Below are positions 18,595 to 26,892 of a stretch of 64,000 bases of DNA, in pieces. This DNA is from Bacteroidia bacterium. GTDB lineage: Bacteria > Bacteroidota > Bacteroidia > M30B66. The DNA is taken from NCBI GenBank assembly GCA_965279035.1, contig OZ257142.1, positions 3,136,001-3,200,000 of the forward strand, read 5' to 3'. The notes under the pieces were generated by a model. The model was not told the origin of the DNA and did no database searches. It saw only the letters and a program-made list of their open reading frames with translations. Within the stretch, counting starts at the first letter, position 1. Every line of letters begins with the position of its first letter. Position numbers and translations under genes: made by a program.

Positions 18595-20496
18595 TTATTC
18601 ATTTATCAATTCCCAAGCTGAACGATACGCTCCAGTTAATTCGCAATGATCTATCAAGGCTTTGTAAAAAAGATCATTGCCCAAGGTAGCACTATCTCCA
18701 ATGAGTACTAGTTTTTTCTTCGCCCGTGTCATAGCCACATTCATGCGTCGATAATCTTGCAAGAATCCAATTTCATTTCGATTATTACTTCGAACCAAGG
18801 ATACATAAATCGCATCCCTTTCCTGTCCCTGAAACGAATCGATGGTCTGAATTTCTATCTGCAAATTCTCCGGTAATGCATTTTTCCAATCATTCAACTG
18901 TGTTGAAATTTCGCCAACCTGCGCATGATAAGGAGAAATTACTCCCAAACGAATCATTTTCCCATGCAGCAATTCAGCCAATGCATTCACACGCTGCCAG
19001 AGAAATCGAGCTTCTTCCGGATTGGTTAAACTCTGCGTTTCAGGATTTAGTTGTTCTTCCCAACCCAAGCCTGCTGTATCAATAAATTCAATCATTGGAT
19101 CATCTCCAATGCCCCAATTCGCAACATCTTTATGAGCTATTAATCGACCTTGATAAAACCATTGATTCGAAAAAGCCATAATCGACTCATTCATTCGATA
19201 CTGATGTGTTAAAAGGGCTGTAGGGATTTTATCCAATACTTTTTCCATTAAAGTAATCGATAATCCTTTACGTGCCGCTTCTTGCGATTTTACTGTGGGT
19301 GGCAATTGAAACGGATCACCCGCCAGCACCACTCGATCGGCTTTCGAAATTGGAATCCAACAACTAGGTTCTGGAGCTTGAGCAGCTTCGTCGATAAACA
19401 CGGTCGAAAAATTACGTTTTTCCAAAATAGAATGATTCGCTCCTACCAAAGTGCAGGTGATCACTTCGGCTTTATCTACACAACTTTCCAAAATAAAAGC
19501 TTCCAATTTTCGCGCTTCTGATGCAATGCTTTTCGCTTCCGATAATATCAATTTCCGTTGCTCACGTTCAGCATGTCCAAATTGACGTTTGTATTTCCCT
19601 GCCATGCGTCGCAATTCGGCAGCTCGTTTTCGAAATTCCTTAATATCTCCATACTGCGGATGTTGTCGCACCTGCCCTTCAACCGTTGATGCTTCCAACG
19701 TTTCATTAATTCGTGCACTATTTCCAATTCTCAACACTCGCATTCCAGCTTCAAGCGATTTTTGAGTCAACCAATCGGCGGCAGCATTACTCGGTGCACA
19801 AAGCAAAATTTGCTCTCCCTGTTCTACCAAAATCTTAGCTGCAGCAATCAGTGTCGTCGTCTTTCCCGTACCTGGTGGACCATGCAACAAACACACATCA
19901 CTCGATTCCAAAATCATTTTCACCGCTTCCTGTTGAGATGAATTCAAATGCGCTGGAAATTCGGGAATCTCAGTATCTGTATCGTGTTCAGCCGGTTTAT
20001 TCAGTAATAAAATTTCACGATTCACTGCTAATCGACAATTCCGCGCATTCGCAACCAATTTCATTGCATTTTCTTGCTCACGATAGGCATTTTCATCAGG
20101 CATAATATTTAAACCCAAACGGCCATAGTCGAGCACTTCGGGCAAATCATCACAAAAAAAAATCACTTTCATCTGATCTCCATTCACAAACTGAATAGCT
20201 CCTTTTATAGGATCAGCAGCATCCGAATCGGACGAAAATACCAACACAACTTTTCCTGCCGAAAATGAATGTGGACGGTCTTTCTGCTTCGTACGTTCTA
20301 AAATCACAAAGGGATAATCTCCAAATCCATATCCCGTTTCTACCACCCTCAATGGAAACCAACAATATCCCAATTCAACACGTTGTTGCACAGTTGTCCC
20401 CCGCATCATCACATCAAATTGTCGCATTTCTTCCTCCTTCTCGAGCTGCAAAAGCGCTTGCAATTCTTCGAAATATTCTTTGGGGTTTATCATCAT
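18595..20496 (-). CDS. SF1 helicase, IGHMBP2/Upf1-like (DNA2/NAM7 family)
   Basis: HGPPGTGKT, APSNAAAD, IDEAAQ, GDPFQLPP, QYRMN, DSFQGQE, NVAMTRAK; start placed at ATG 20496. Confidence 0.93.
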   Translation of the reverse strand: MMINPKEYFEELQALLQLEKEEEMRQFDVMMRGTTVQQRVELGYCWFPLRVVETGYGFGDYPFVILERTKQKDRPHSFSAGKVVLVFSSDSDAADPIKGAIQFVNGDQMKVIFFCDDLPEVLDYGRLGLNIMPDENAYREQENAMKLVANARNCRLAVNREILLLNKPAEHDTDTEIPEFPAHLNSSQQEAVKMILESSDVCLLHGPPGTGKTTTLIAAAKILVEQGEQILLCAPSNAAADWLTQKSLEAGMRVLRIGNSARINETLEASTVEGQVRQHPQYGDIKEFRKRAAELRRMAGKYKRQFGHAEREQRKLILSEAKSIASEARKLEAFILESCVDKAEVITCTLVGANHSILEKRNFSTVFIDEAAQAPEPSCWIPISKADRVVLAGDPFQLPPTVKSQEAARKGLSITLMEKVLDKIPTALLTHQYRMNESIMAFSNQWFYQGRLIAHKDVANWGIGDDPMIEFIDTAGLGWEEQLNPETQSLTNPEEARFLWQRVNALAELLHGKMIRLGVISPYHAQVGEISTQLNDWKNALPENLQIEIQTIDSFQGQERDAIYVSLVRSNNRNEIGFLQDYRRMNVAMTRAKKKLVLIGDSATLGNDLFYKALIDHCELTGAYRSAWELINE

Positions 20497-20521
20497 GCAA
20501 TAATAAGAGAATAGTGTTATC

Positions 20522-20609
20522 CGATATACGTATTTCGATGTACGATGTCCTTGTGAAGTTTGTCGTATATCGTACATCGTATAGTCCCTATGGGACGATC
20601 ATATATCGT
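20522..20609. repeat. Inverted heptamer (CGATRTA/TAYATCG) array with embedded GTCCC-TAT-GGGAC REP-like palindrome
   Basis: CGATGTACGATGT (20536-20548) vs ATATCGTACATCG (20567-20579); palindrome at 20584-20596. Confidence 0.75.
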
Positions 20610-20615
20610 TTCATG

Positions 20616-20694
20616 GCGGCAGGGCGGGCTATCACTCCATTCCGAGAAATATCGGAACCTCATGCTTTCGGGCTTTCCGTTCTATCCTTGTCGC
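20616..20694. ncRNA. Structured repeat or ncRNA resembling the Bacteroidota Flavo-1 motif
   Basis: Closing stem GCGGCAGGG/CCTTGTCGC, inner TTCCGA/TCGGAA hairpin, two CGGGCT-led direct repeats; family match is from recollection only. Confidence 0.45.
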
Positions 20695-20836
20695 TCGATT
20701 GCAAAAGGAACATTCATGTACAAAATAAAATTCCACTCAATGAATTATTTATTCATTGGAATTAATTCTCTATGTTTATTGATAAATTTAAACAACCATT
20801 CAAAGAAATTTTGAGAATCATCTCATAAATAGTAGA

Positions 20837-21466
20837 ATGAAAATAACTGGTGTAGCATTTATTTTTCTGCTTATTTCAACAATAAGCTCTGGACAATCAC
20901 ATTACAAAACGATTCGAGATGATAAAACCGATCTCAAATCTGAGTTTATTTTAAATCCCGATTCAACATGCTATTTAAAAACAACCTATTCTGGAAATTC
21001 ATTTTATAAAATATACAAAGGAAGAATCAACAAAATACAGGATACCCTTTATGAATTTCACTATCAACCTATCGTTCAATTTACAGCCATGAAACGCATC
21101 GCAAAGGGCGATACCATTACGACTTTCCTTAGTGCCATTGATACCTCTCTCTCAAATATTTCATATTTCGAAGTGAAAGCACCTATAATTGAAGAGCGAC
21201 ATTTTCGAATGTCAGTAGGTTGGAATAGAACCTATTGGAAAGGAATAAGCAAAAACGATATTTCAATCAATACCAATTTTATCGATCCAATTACATACGA
21301 TTCTGTATATATTTCCATACATACAGATTCTTCTCCCGTGCTTTATTATTATGGTTCAAAAACTACACTTTATAAAACCCAAATTTCAATTGTAAAAAAC
21401 AATCTAACAATCTATGCCGACAATAAATTCATTGAATATAATGAGTCGTATTTACTTAGTCCTTAA
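20837..21466 (+). CDS. Hypothetical exported protein
   Basis: 209 aa ORF with a Sec-type signal peptide ending SSGQ. Confidence 0.7.
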   Translation: MKITGVAFIFLLISTISSGQSHYKTIRDDKTDLKSEFILNPDSTCYLKTTYSGNSFYKIYKGRINKIQDTLYEFHYQPIVQFTAMKRIAKGDTITTFLSAIDTSLSNISYFEVKAPIIEERHFRMSVGWNRTYWKGISKNDISINTNFIDPITYDSVYISIHTDSSPVLYYYGSKTTLYKTQISIVKNNLTIYADNKFIEYNESYLLSP

Positions 21467-21575
21467 CAGATTTAGTAAATAATCATTAATTTAAGAATTA
21501 ATTAGGATTTTCATAATTCCAATAAGGCTAAATAAAATCTTGATATTTTTGTAATTTATTAAGAATAAAAAAAGC

Positions 21576-22514
21576 ATGAAACATCTACTACTTACAATAT
21601 TTCTAGCTATCTCAAGTATTTCTAGTTTTTCTCAAAGCTATTGGTGTCAACCAGGTGCAACTTGGGAGTTTGAAATGATTGGTCAAGTACAATCAGCAGC
21701 TTTGCTAAAATATACAGGCGACACACTTATTGAAAATAAAAACTGTCAGATCCTTCAAAATAAATGGAGATATATTTTTCCTGGCCCCAATACTCCTCAC
21801 CCAGGACCTGAATATGATGGTCTAACTAGTTATGTATATTACTCCGGCGATACATTATATCATTATTTAAATGGCATTTTTAATATGCTATTTGATTTTG
21901 GTGCTTCTGTTGGCGATACATGGAATATAATCAATTATAGCCAAATGGATTCTTTATATGCATGTGATTCAGAAATCATTACAGTCGATAGTGTTGGAAA
22001 TGAACTATTTAATGGATTTCCATATAGATGGATAAAAATCCATTCCGACTCAGGTACATTTGGAGGAAAAGCCATTGAACATGTTGGATTTATTGATCAC
22101 AATTTTTTTCCAGATCACGGAGCATGTAATTCACAAGAAGAGTCGATTTATATTTTAGGTTGTTTCTCCGATAGCCTTTTTGGTAAACTATCCCCAGCAA
22201 CTTTTAACTGCTATAACTATTCAAGCACTCCATCATTTAATTGCGGTTTTTATACCTTAAATGTTCAAGAAATAAAAACTGAAAATCCACCTCAGCTATT
22301 TCCCATTCCCACAACGAATAAAATAACATACAAATTCGATAAGCAATTTGCTACAAATTATATGATTTATAGCATGGATGGTCGTCTAATGCAAACTGGT
22401 TTAATCACCAATCCAAAAGGTGAAATACCACTTAATTTAGATAAAGGAGTTTATTGGATTGTTTGGAATTTTAATAAGACTCAATTAACTTCAAAGTTGA
22501 TCATTCAAAATTGA
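21576..22514 (+). CDS. T9SS type A sorting domain-containing protein
   Basis: Signal peptide (SFSQ); C-terminal LFPIP...IYSMDGR...GVYWI...KLIIQN; Cys-rich core. Confidence 0.85.
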   Translation: MKHLLLTIFLAISSISSFSQSYWCQPGATWEFEMIGQVQSAALLKYTGDTLIENKNCQILQNKWRYIFPGPNTPHPGPEYDGLTSYVYYSGDTLYHYLNGIFNMLFDFGASVGDTWNIINYSQMDSLYACDSEIITVDSVGNELFNGFPYRWIKIHSDSGTFGGKAIEHVGFIDHNFFPDHGACNSQEESIYILGCFSDSLFGKLSPATFNCYNYSSTPSFNCGFYTLNVQEIKTENPPQLFPIPTTNKITYKFDKQFATNYMIYSMDGRLMQTGLITNPKGEIPLNLDKGVYWIVWNFNKTQLTSKLIIQN

Positions 22515-22613
22515 GTTTATTCATATTCTTTTATCATTTTAAAATTTCAAAAACCAATTTCGTATTATTGTAAGAAGCTTCAAAAAATGTAAATAATATA
22601 GCAAACATCCACC

Positions 22614-23870
22614 ATGAAACATGAATTTAAGCTGAACTTCAATTCAAAAAAACGTATGCTTCGATTGAATCTAATCGTTCTATTCTTTTTAATGAGCATA
22701 GTATGTTTCTGCCAATCGGCGTATATTCCTAATACTGGCGATAATACCATATCAGTTATTAGCTTAGCTACAAATACTGTAACAAGCACAATACCAGTTG
22801 GAACTTCACCCAATCCCATTTCGGTGAGTACCGGTGGAAGTGCCGTTTATGTAGGCAATACTGGTTCTAATTCGATAAGTGTAATTCAAACCTCATCCAA
22901 CACGGTAATTGCAACAATTCCTTTAGGGTTCAGTCCTTCGGGAATTTGTGTAAGTCCCAATGGACAAAAACTGTATGTTGCTAAAAATAATGGCACCGAA
23001 ATATGTGTCTATTCTACTTCAACAAATACCCTTTTAAATACAATCCCAGTTGGTTCGCATCCACAAGGAATTACCATTACTCCCAATGGTTCTAAAATTT
23101 ACGTCTCAAATACCGAATCACAAACCATCAGTGTAATAGATGCAAGCTTAAATGAAGTAACTGCCACCATCATTTATTTTTCCTTTCCTTGGGGAATCTG
23201 CATGAATCCCGATGGTAACAGAATGTACGCAACGAATATCGGAAGTGGCGTTGCTCAAATTAATACGAGTACCGATTATATTACATCAGGCATCACCGTT
23301 CCTGAATATACCGATCAAGTGGCAATTAGTGCCAATGGTCATCGAATGTGCGCTATTAGCGCTTCAAGTAATTCGGCTGTTATTATTGATCCAAATCCAA
23401 TATATCCTCTCTATACAGCTTATGTTGATAATGGTCCAAGCGGTATTGATCTAAACCCTGATGGAACCAAAATATACGTTATCAGTCAATTTGGGAATTT
23501 CGTTAAAGTCATTAGTACGGCCACTTACAATACAGTTGCAACAATTCCTGTAGGTAATAATCCGGCAGCTTTTGGAAAATTTATTTCTTTCAATCAGCAA
23601 GTTGGAATCAATGATTCCGAATTTCAAAAGGCTGATATAGCTGCTGTTTATCCCAATCCAGCAATAGATCAATTTACAGTTGAGTTTGAAGTCAATCAAA
23701 AAAATGCAAGCATTCAAGTCCTTAATGAAATGGGAGAAGAATTAAAATGCATTCCATTCTCTGGATCAAAATTGATACTAGATAGAGGCGATTTAAAAGC
23801 AGGGATTTACTTTATCCGATTAATGGATAGCAAGGGACACTCAACAACTAAAAAGATCATTTTAAACTAA
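22614..23870 (+). CDS. YVTN/YncE beta-propeller repeat protein with T9SS CTD
   Basis: About 7 repeats of TIPVG.P.GI..SP.G..YV.N; CTD VYPNP...GIYFI...KKIILN; start may be ATG 22656. Confidence 0.9.
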   Translation: MKHEFKLNFNSKKRMLRLNLIVLFFLMSIVCFCQSAYIPNTGDNTISVISLATNTVTSTIPVGTSPNPISVSTGGSAVYVGNTGSNSISVIQTSSNTVIATIPLGFSPSGICVSPNGQKLYVAKNNGTEICVYSTSTNTLLNTIPVGSHPQGITITPNGSKIYVSNTESQTISVIDASLNEVTATIIYFSFPWGICMNPDGNRMYATNIGSGVAQINTSTDYITSGITVPEYTDQVAISANGHRMCAISASSNSAVIIDPNPIYPLYTAYVDNGPSGIDLNPDGTKIYVISQFGNFVKVISTATYNTVATIPVGNNPAAFGKFISFNQQVGINDSEFQKADIAAVYPNPAIDQFTVEFEVNQKNASIQVLNEMGEELKCIPFSGSKLILDRGDLKAGIYFIRLMDSKGHSTTKKIILN

Positions 23871-23909
23871 CTTATAATTATACATTTAATTTAAATAATT
23901 TTATTTTCA

Positions 23910-24218
23910 ATGGATGAAAACGATCTACTAGCCAAACTTGATTCAGAAATAAAATCTGAACTAAAAATGTCATTGCAATTTGGTTTCGATTGGAGCAAAT
24001 CTATAATTAAACCTGTTAAACAACCATATTTGAATGCGATTGATCATTCAAATTCGAATGAATACTGGACAGTTATTATCGATCAAGAAAAAAATAAAAT
24101 ACTCTTTTATAGTGCTGAAGATGACATCTATGGATTAGCTTCTATTAATTCAACGAATGATTTAATAGATTTAGGATATTACGGAACTTTGTCAGAATTG
24201 ATCTTATTTATTCAGTAG
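23910..24218 (+). CDS. Small acidic hypothetical protein
   Basis: 102 aa ORF with ATG, followed by a hairpin. Confidence 0.65.
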   Translation: MDENDLLAKLDSEIKSELKMSLQFGFDWSKSIIKPVKQPYLNAIDHSNSNEYWTVIIDQEKNKILFYSAEDDIYGLASINSTNDLIDLGYYGTLSELILFIQ

Positions 24219-24231
24219 AAATAATAAAATA

Positions 24232-24265
24232 TCCCCACTCTGCTAGGAAAAGCAAAATGGGGAAT
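24232..24265. terminator. Hairpin between convergent genes
   Basis: TCCCCA...TGCT / AGCA...TGGGGA imperfect stem. Confidence 0.55.
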
Positions 24266-24282
24266 TATACGTTCAATTAAAA

Positions 24283-25389
24283 TTATTTTGTTCTTACAGT
24301 TACTGTTGTATTGCTCACCGTACTTGGATTTCCTCCAGCTGCTTTTATTTGATTTTGAATTTGGGTGCGTCGTAATAACAAATCTAAATCACGATCTTCT
24401 TTTTCGCGTTTTGCCACTTCTTCAATCACAATTTTATAATTCAAATTCATAGAATAATAAAACTGAACGGAAGGCTCAACCATATCAGCATTTAATACTA
24501 CATCGAATTGTCCATAAGGAACACGCTCGTAATACACCGTTTTATTTTTTTCTGCATAATTATATTCCATCGGTTTTTCTTTATCCTTTGATGATTTTTT
24601 AGAATATACTTTCGGAATTCCCGTATTGGCGGCAGTATATTTCACATACCGTTCCATGGGATAAACAGAACCTTGTGTTGTAGCATAATTTTGCACTTCC
24701 AAATTAAATCCCATACGTTTATAAGATTCAGCTTTGGTTTGAATAATTTCTTCAGCTTTTTTGCGTAGCTCAGAATAAATCTGATCCATGTTTGCTACAT
24801 TATAATCAATCTTCACTAAGTCATAAATTTCTGCTTCTGCAGCTGCCGAAATCAAATCATTTAATCGATCATGATCGCTGAACTTAACATGAATATTTTT
24901 CTTCATTTCAAATCCAGTAGGAACTTCATTCAGTGTTTTACTATATCGTTTTTCGGTTAATTCAAACTCATATGTAGGCAACATCGAAATAAAATCAACA
25001 TGCGTATTTTCTAATTGAATTCCAACTTTACGTAATTCATCAAATACATTATTTAATCGAATATCCATTAAAGAATCTGTTTCAACAATGCTCTCTCCTG
25101 CCTGAGTAATACTTAAAATAGCAACGTACGATGTAGCTCGTACATTTATCATCACATCCGCTTTAATCGGAGTCATCGAACTACTATTCATTTGTGTAGT
25201 TAAATTGACTCCTGCTGGAGGAATATAATTAACAAAACTTAAATTCCCAGTGGAATTATTAAAAATAGAATTTCCTGCCGAACAATTTGTAGAAACATTG
25301 CCCTGAAAAACTGAATTACCAGCCGATTGGGCAAATAAAAGTGCTGAAGTAAAAATGCAGGAAGCGCTGAGGAAAAATCTTTTTTTCAT
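24283..25389 (-). CDS. SIMPL (DUF541/BP26) domain protein
   Basis: Signal peptide; DFISMLPTYE, GFEMKKNIHV, IYDLVKIDY as in Bacteroidota SIMPL proteins. Confidence 0.75.
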   Translation of the reverse strand: MKKRFFLSASCIFTSALLFAQSAGNSVFQGNVSTNCSAGNSIFNNSTGNLSFVNYIPPAGVNLTTQMNSSSMTPIKADVMINVRATSYVAILSITQAGESIVETDSLMDIRLNNVFDELRKVGIQLENTHVDFISMLPTYEFELTEKRYSKTLNEVPTGFEMKKNIHVKFSDHDRLNDLISAAAEAEIYDLVKIDYNVANMDQIYSELRKKAEEIIQTKAESYKRMGFNLEVQNYATTQGSVYPMERYVKYTAANTGIPKVYSKKSSKDKEKPMEYNYAEKNKTVYYERVPYGQFDVVLNADMVEPSVQFYYSMNLNYKIVIEEVAKREKEDRDLDLLLRRTQIQNQIKAAGGNPSTVSNTTVTVRTK

Positions 25390-25408
25390 GAGTTTATTTT
25401 TCCTCCCT

Positions 25409-25433
25409 TATGTGATTAAAATAAATAGGTTCA
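25409..25433 (-). promoter_or_regulatory. Putative ECF sigma promoter for the SIMPL gene
   Basis: TGAACCT-N14-CATA on - strand, ending 19 nt before the ATG; same motif upstream of the ECF operon. Confidence 0.6.
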
Positions 25434-25442
25434 CCACCAAAT

Positions 25443-25468
25443 AAAAAAATCCGAACGAGTCGGATTTT
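25443..25468 (-). terminator. Intrinsic terminator after anti-sigma gene
   Basis: AAAATCCGA-acgag-TCGGATTTT with A7 on the left (U-tract on - strand). Confidence 0.75.
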
Positions 25469-25495
25469 AATGAATTAATTAATTAAATAATTCAA

Positions 25496-26320
25496 TTAAT
25501 AAATTGTAACAGTATTGGAAATTACTTGAGGGAAATCAGCTAATGACAAGGATTGCTGTTGCTTCTCTTTTTTACTTTTTGATTTTTCTAATACTGCTAA
25601 TTCTTTTGTAGAATTTGAAACATTATTGTCCCAATTATACGAATTTCCAAAATGAGCACTACTTAAGGTTACCGTTGAACCTGAACTTAATGTGGCATTT
25701 GCATCGGTTACAGTTGGAGCTTTAACTGCAACATCCTTCATTTCAACTTCTTCTTTTGCTTCAACAGGAGCTTCAACTAAATCAAGTTTTTTTATTGGTT
25801 CAAATGATGAATTCCCTGGCGGTAAATCATCGTTTGCTACTGCTACTTCTTCTGTTTTCACTTGTGTTTCACACCCTGTACTATTCGTTTCTATTTTGAG
25901 TGTATCTGTTACTGAAGGTACATCTAAATCCTTTTTCGTACTGGGCCGAATGTCTTGTGAAACATCATTTTTTAATTCAAAATGATCTGAATCGGGATGA
26001 AATAAAAAAATTCCCAGTGCGATCATAGCAGCTGCAGCAAGCGTAATTCCGGCAATAATCGGCCATCGAATAATAATTCCTTTCTTCTCTTTTCCTTCAT
26101 CAAATACATCCAATAATTTTTGCTTTAATGCAGCAGATGGTTGTTCTGTTTCTTCATCCAACTCATTCAAGGACAAAAGCATCCGACGAATATGATTGTA
26201 TTCATCTTCACTCATGTTTTCTGCTCCCAAATTTTTTAAATCTGTAGCATGTAATTGATGAAATTCCTTTTGCAGAATTAACTGCTCGAAATCTTCCTGA
26301 AAGTGATTAAATGGCTCCAT
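25496..26320 (-). CDS. Putative membrane anti-sigma factor
   Basis: 2 bp downstream of ECF sigma; helical N-terminus with PSAALKQKLL, single TM (WPIIAGITLAAAAMIALGIFLF), low-complexity periplasmic tail. Confidence 0.7.
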   Translation of the reverse strand: MEPFNHFQEDFEQLILQKEFHQLHATDLKNLGAENMSEDEYNHIRRMLLSLNELDEETEQPSAALKQKLLDVFDEGKEKKGIIIRWPIIAGITLAAAAMIALGIFLFHPDSDHFELKNDVSQDIRPSTKKDLDVPSVTDTLKIETNSTGCETQVKTEEVAVANDDLPPGNSSFEPIKKLDLVEAPVEAKEEVEMKDVAVKAPTVTDANATLSSGSTVTLSSAHFGNSYNWDNNVSNSTKELAVLEKSKSKKEKQQQSLSLADFPQVISNTVTIY

Positions 26321-26322
26321 AA

Positions 26323-26892
26323 TCAGATGTGTTGAAATTGTGGCATTTTACCTGCGATTTTCCGCAAAGCATAAAATAAACGTGATTTAACTGTGCCTTC
26401 GCTGCAATTAAGAACCGCCGATATTTCCTTCAAGGATAATTCCTCAAAATAGCGCAACATAAACGTGCTTTTATGTGGTTCATCTATGGTCTCTAACACT
26501 TCTTTTAATTTTCGAGTAAACGCTCGCTTATCAATTCGCTCGGTAATCTTTTGAGAATTATCCGATAATTCGGGCGCATTATCCAACGAAACGGAATGTC
26601 CTTTTCGACTGGCTTTTCTGTATTCCATTTTACAGATATTAGTGGCAACGGTATAAACCCAAGGGCGAAATGTTCGGCTGATATCAAACAATTCGGGCTG
26701 TCGGGCAATCTTAATGAATAAATCTTGCAGACAATCTTCTGCGAGCTCGTGATTATTCCAAAGTAATCGCTTTAAATAAGCTAACAAGCGTGGACTATAT
26801 CGATCGTACAAAACAGAAAAAGCCATTTTATCGCGGGCAATGATCAACTCCATCAATTGCTCATCGCTGAGTGTTGAAAGGTCTTTGCTCAT
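26323..26892 (-). CDS. ECF-type RNA polymerase sigma-70 factor
   Basis: AFSVLYDRY, AEDCLQDLF, FRPWVYTVATN, LSLKEIS...GTVKSRL. Confidence 0.95.
   Translation of the reverse strand: MSKDLSTLSDEQLMELIIARDKMAFSVLYDRYSPRLLAYLKRLLWNNHELAEDCLQDLFIKIARQPELFDISRTFRPWVYTVATNICKMEYRKASRKGHSVSLDNAPELSDNSQKITERIDKRAFTRKLKEVLETIDEPHKSTFMLRYFEELSLKEISAVLNCSEGTVKSRLFYALRKIAGKMPQFQHI

Noticed and set aside
20265-20814. ORFs 20265-20765 and 20560-20814, and the N-terminal extension of the helicase to 20577
   Set aside because: They run antisense to the helicase or through the repeat element and have no protein-like features
14891-24300. tRNA-anchored integrative element or prophage
   Set aside because: No integrase or phage genes, and I found no second copy of the tRNA 3' end (attR) in the window
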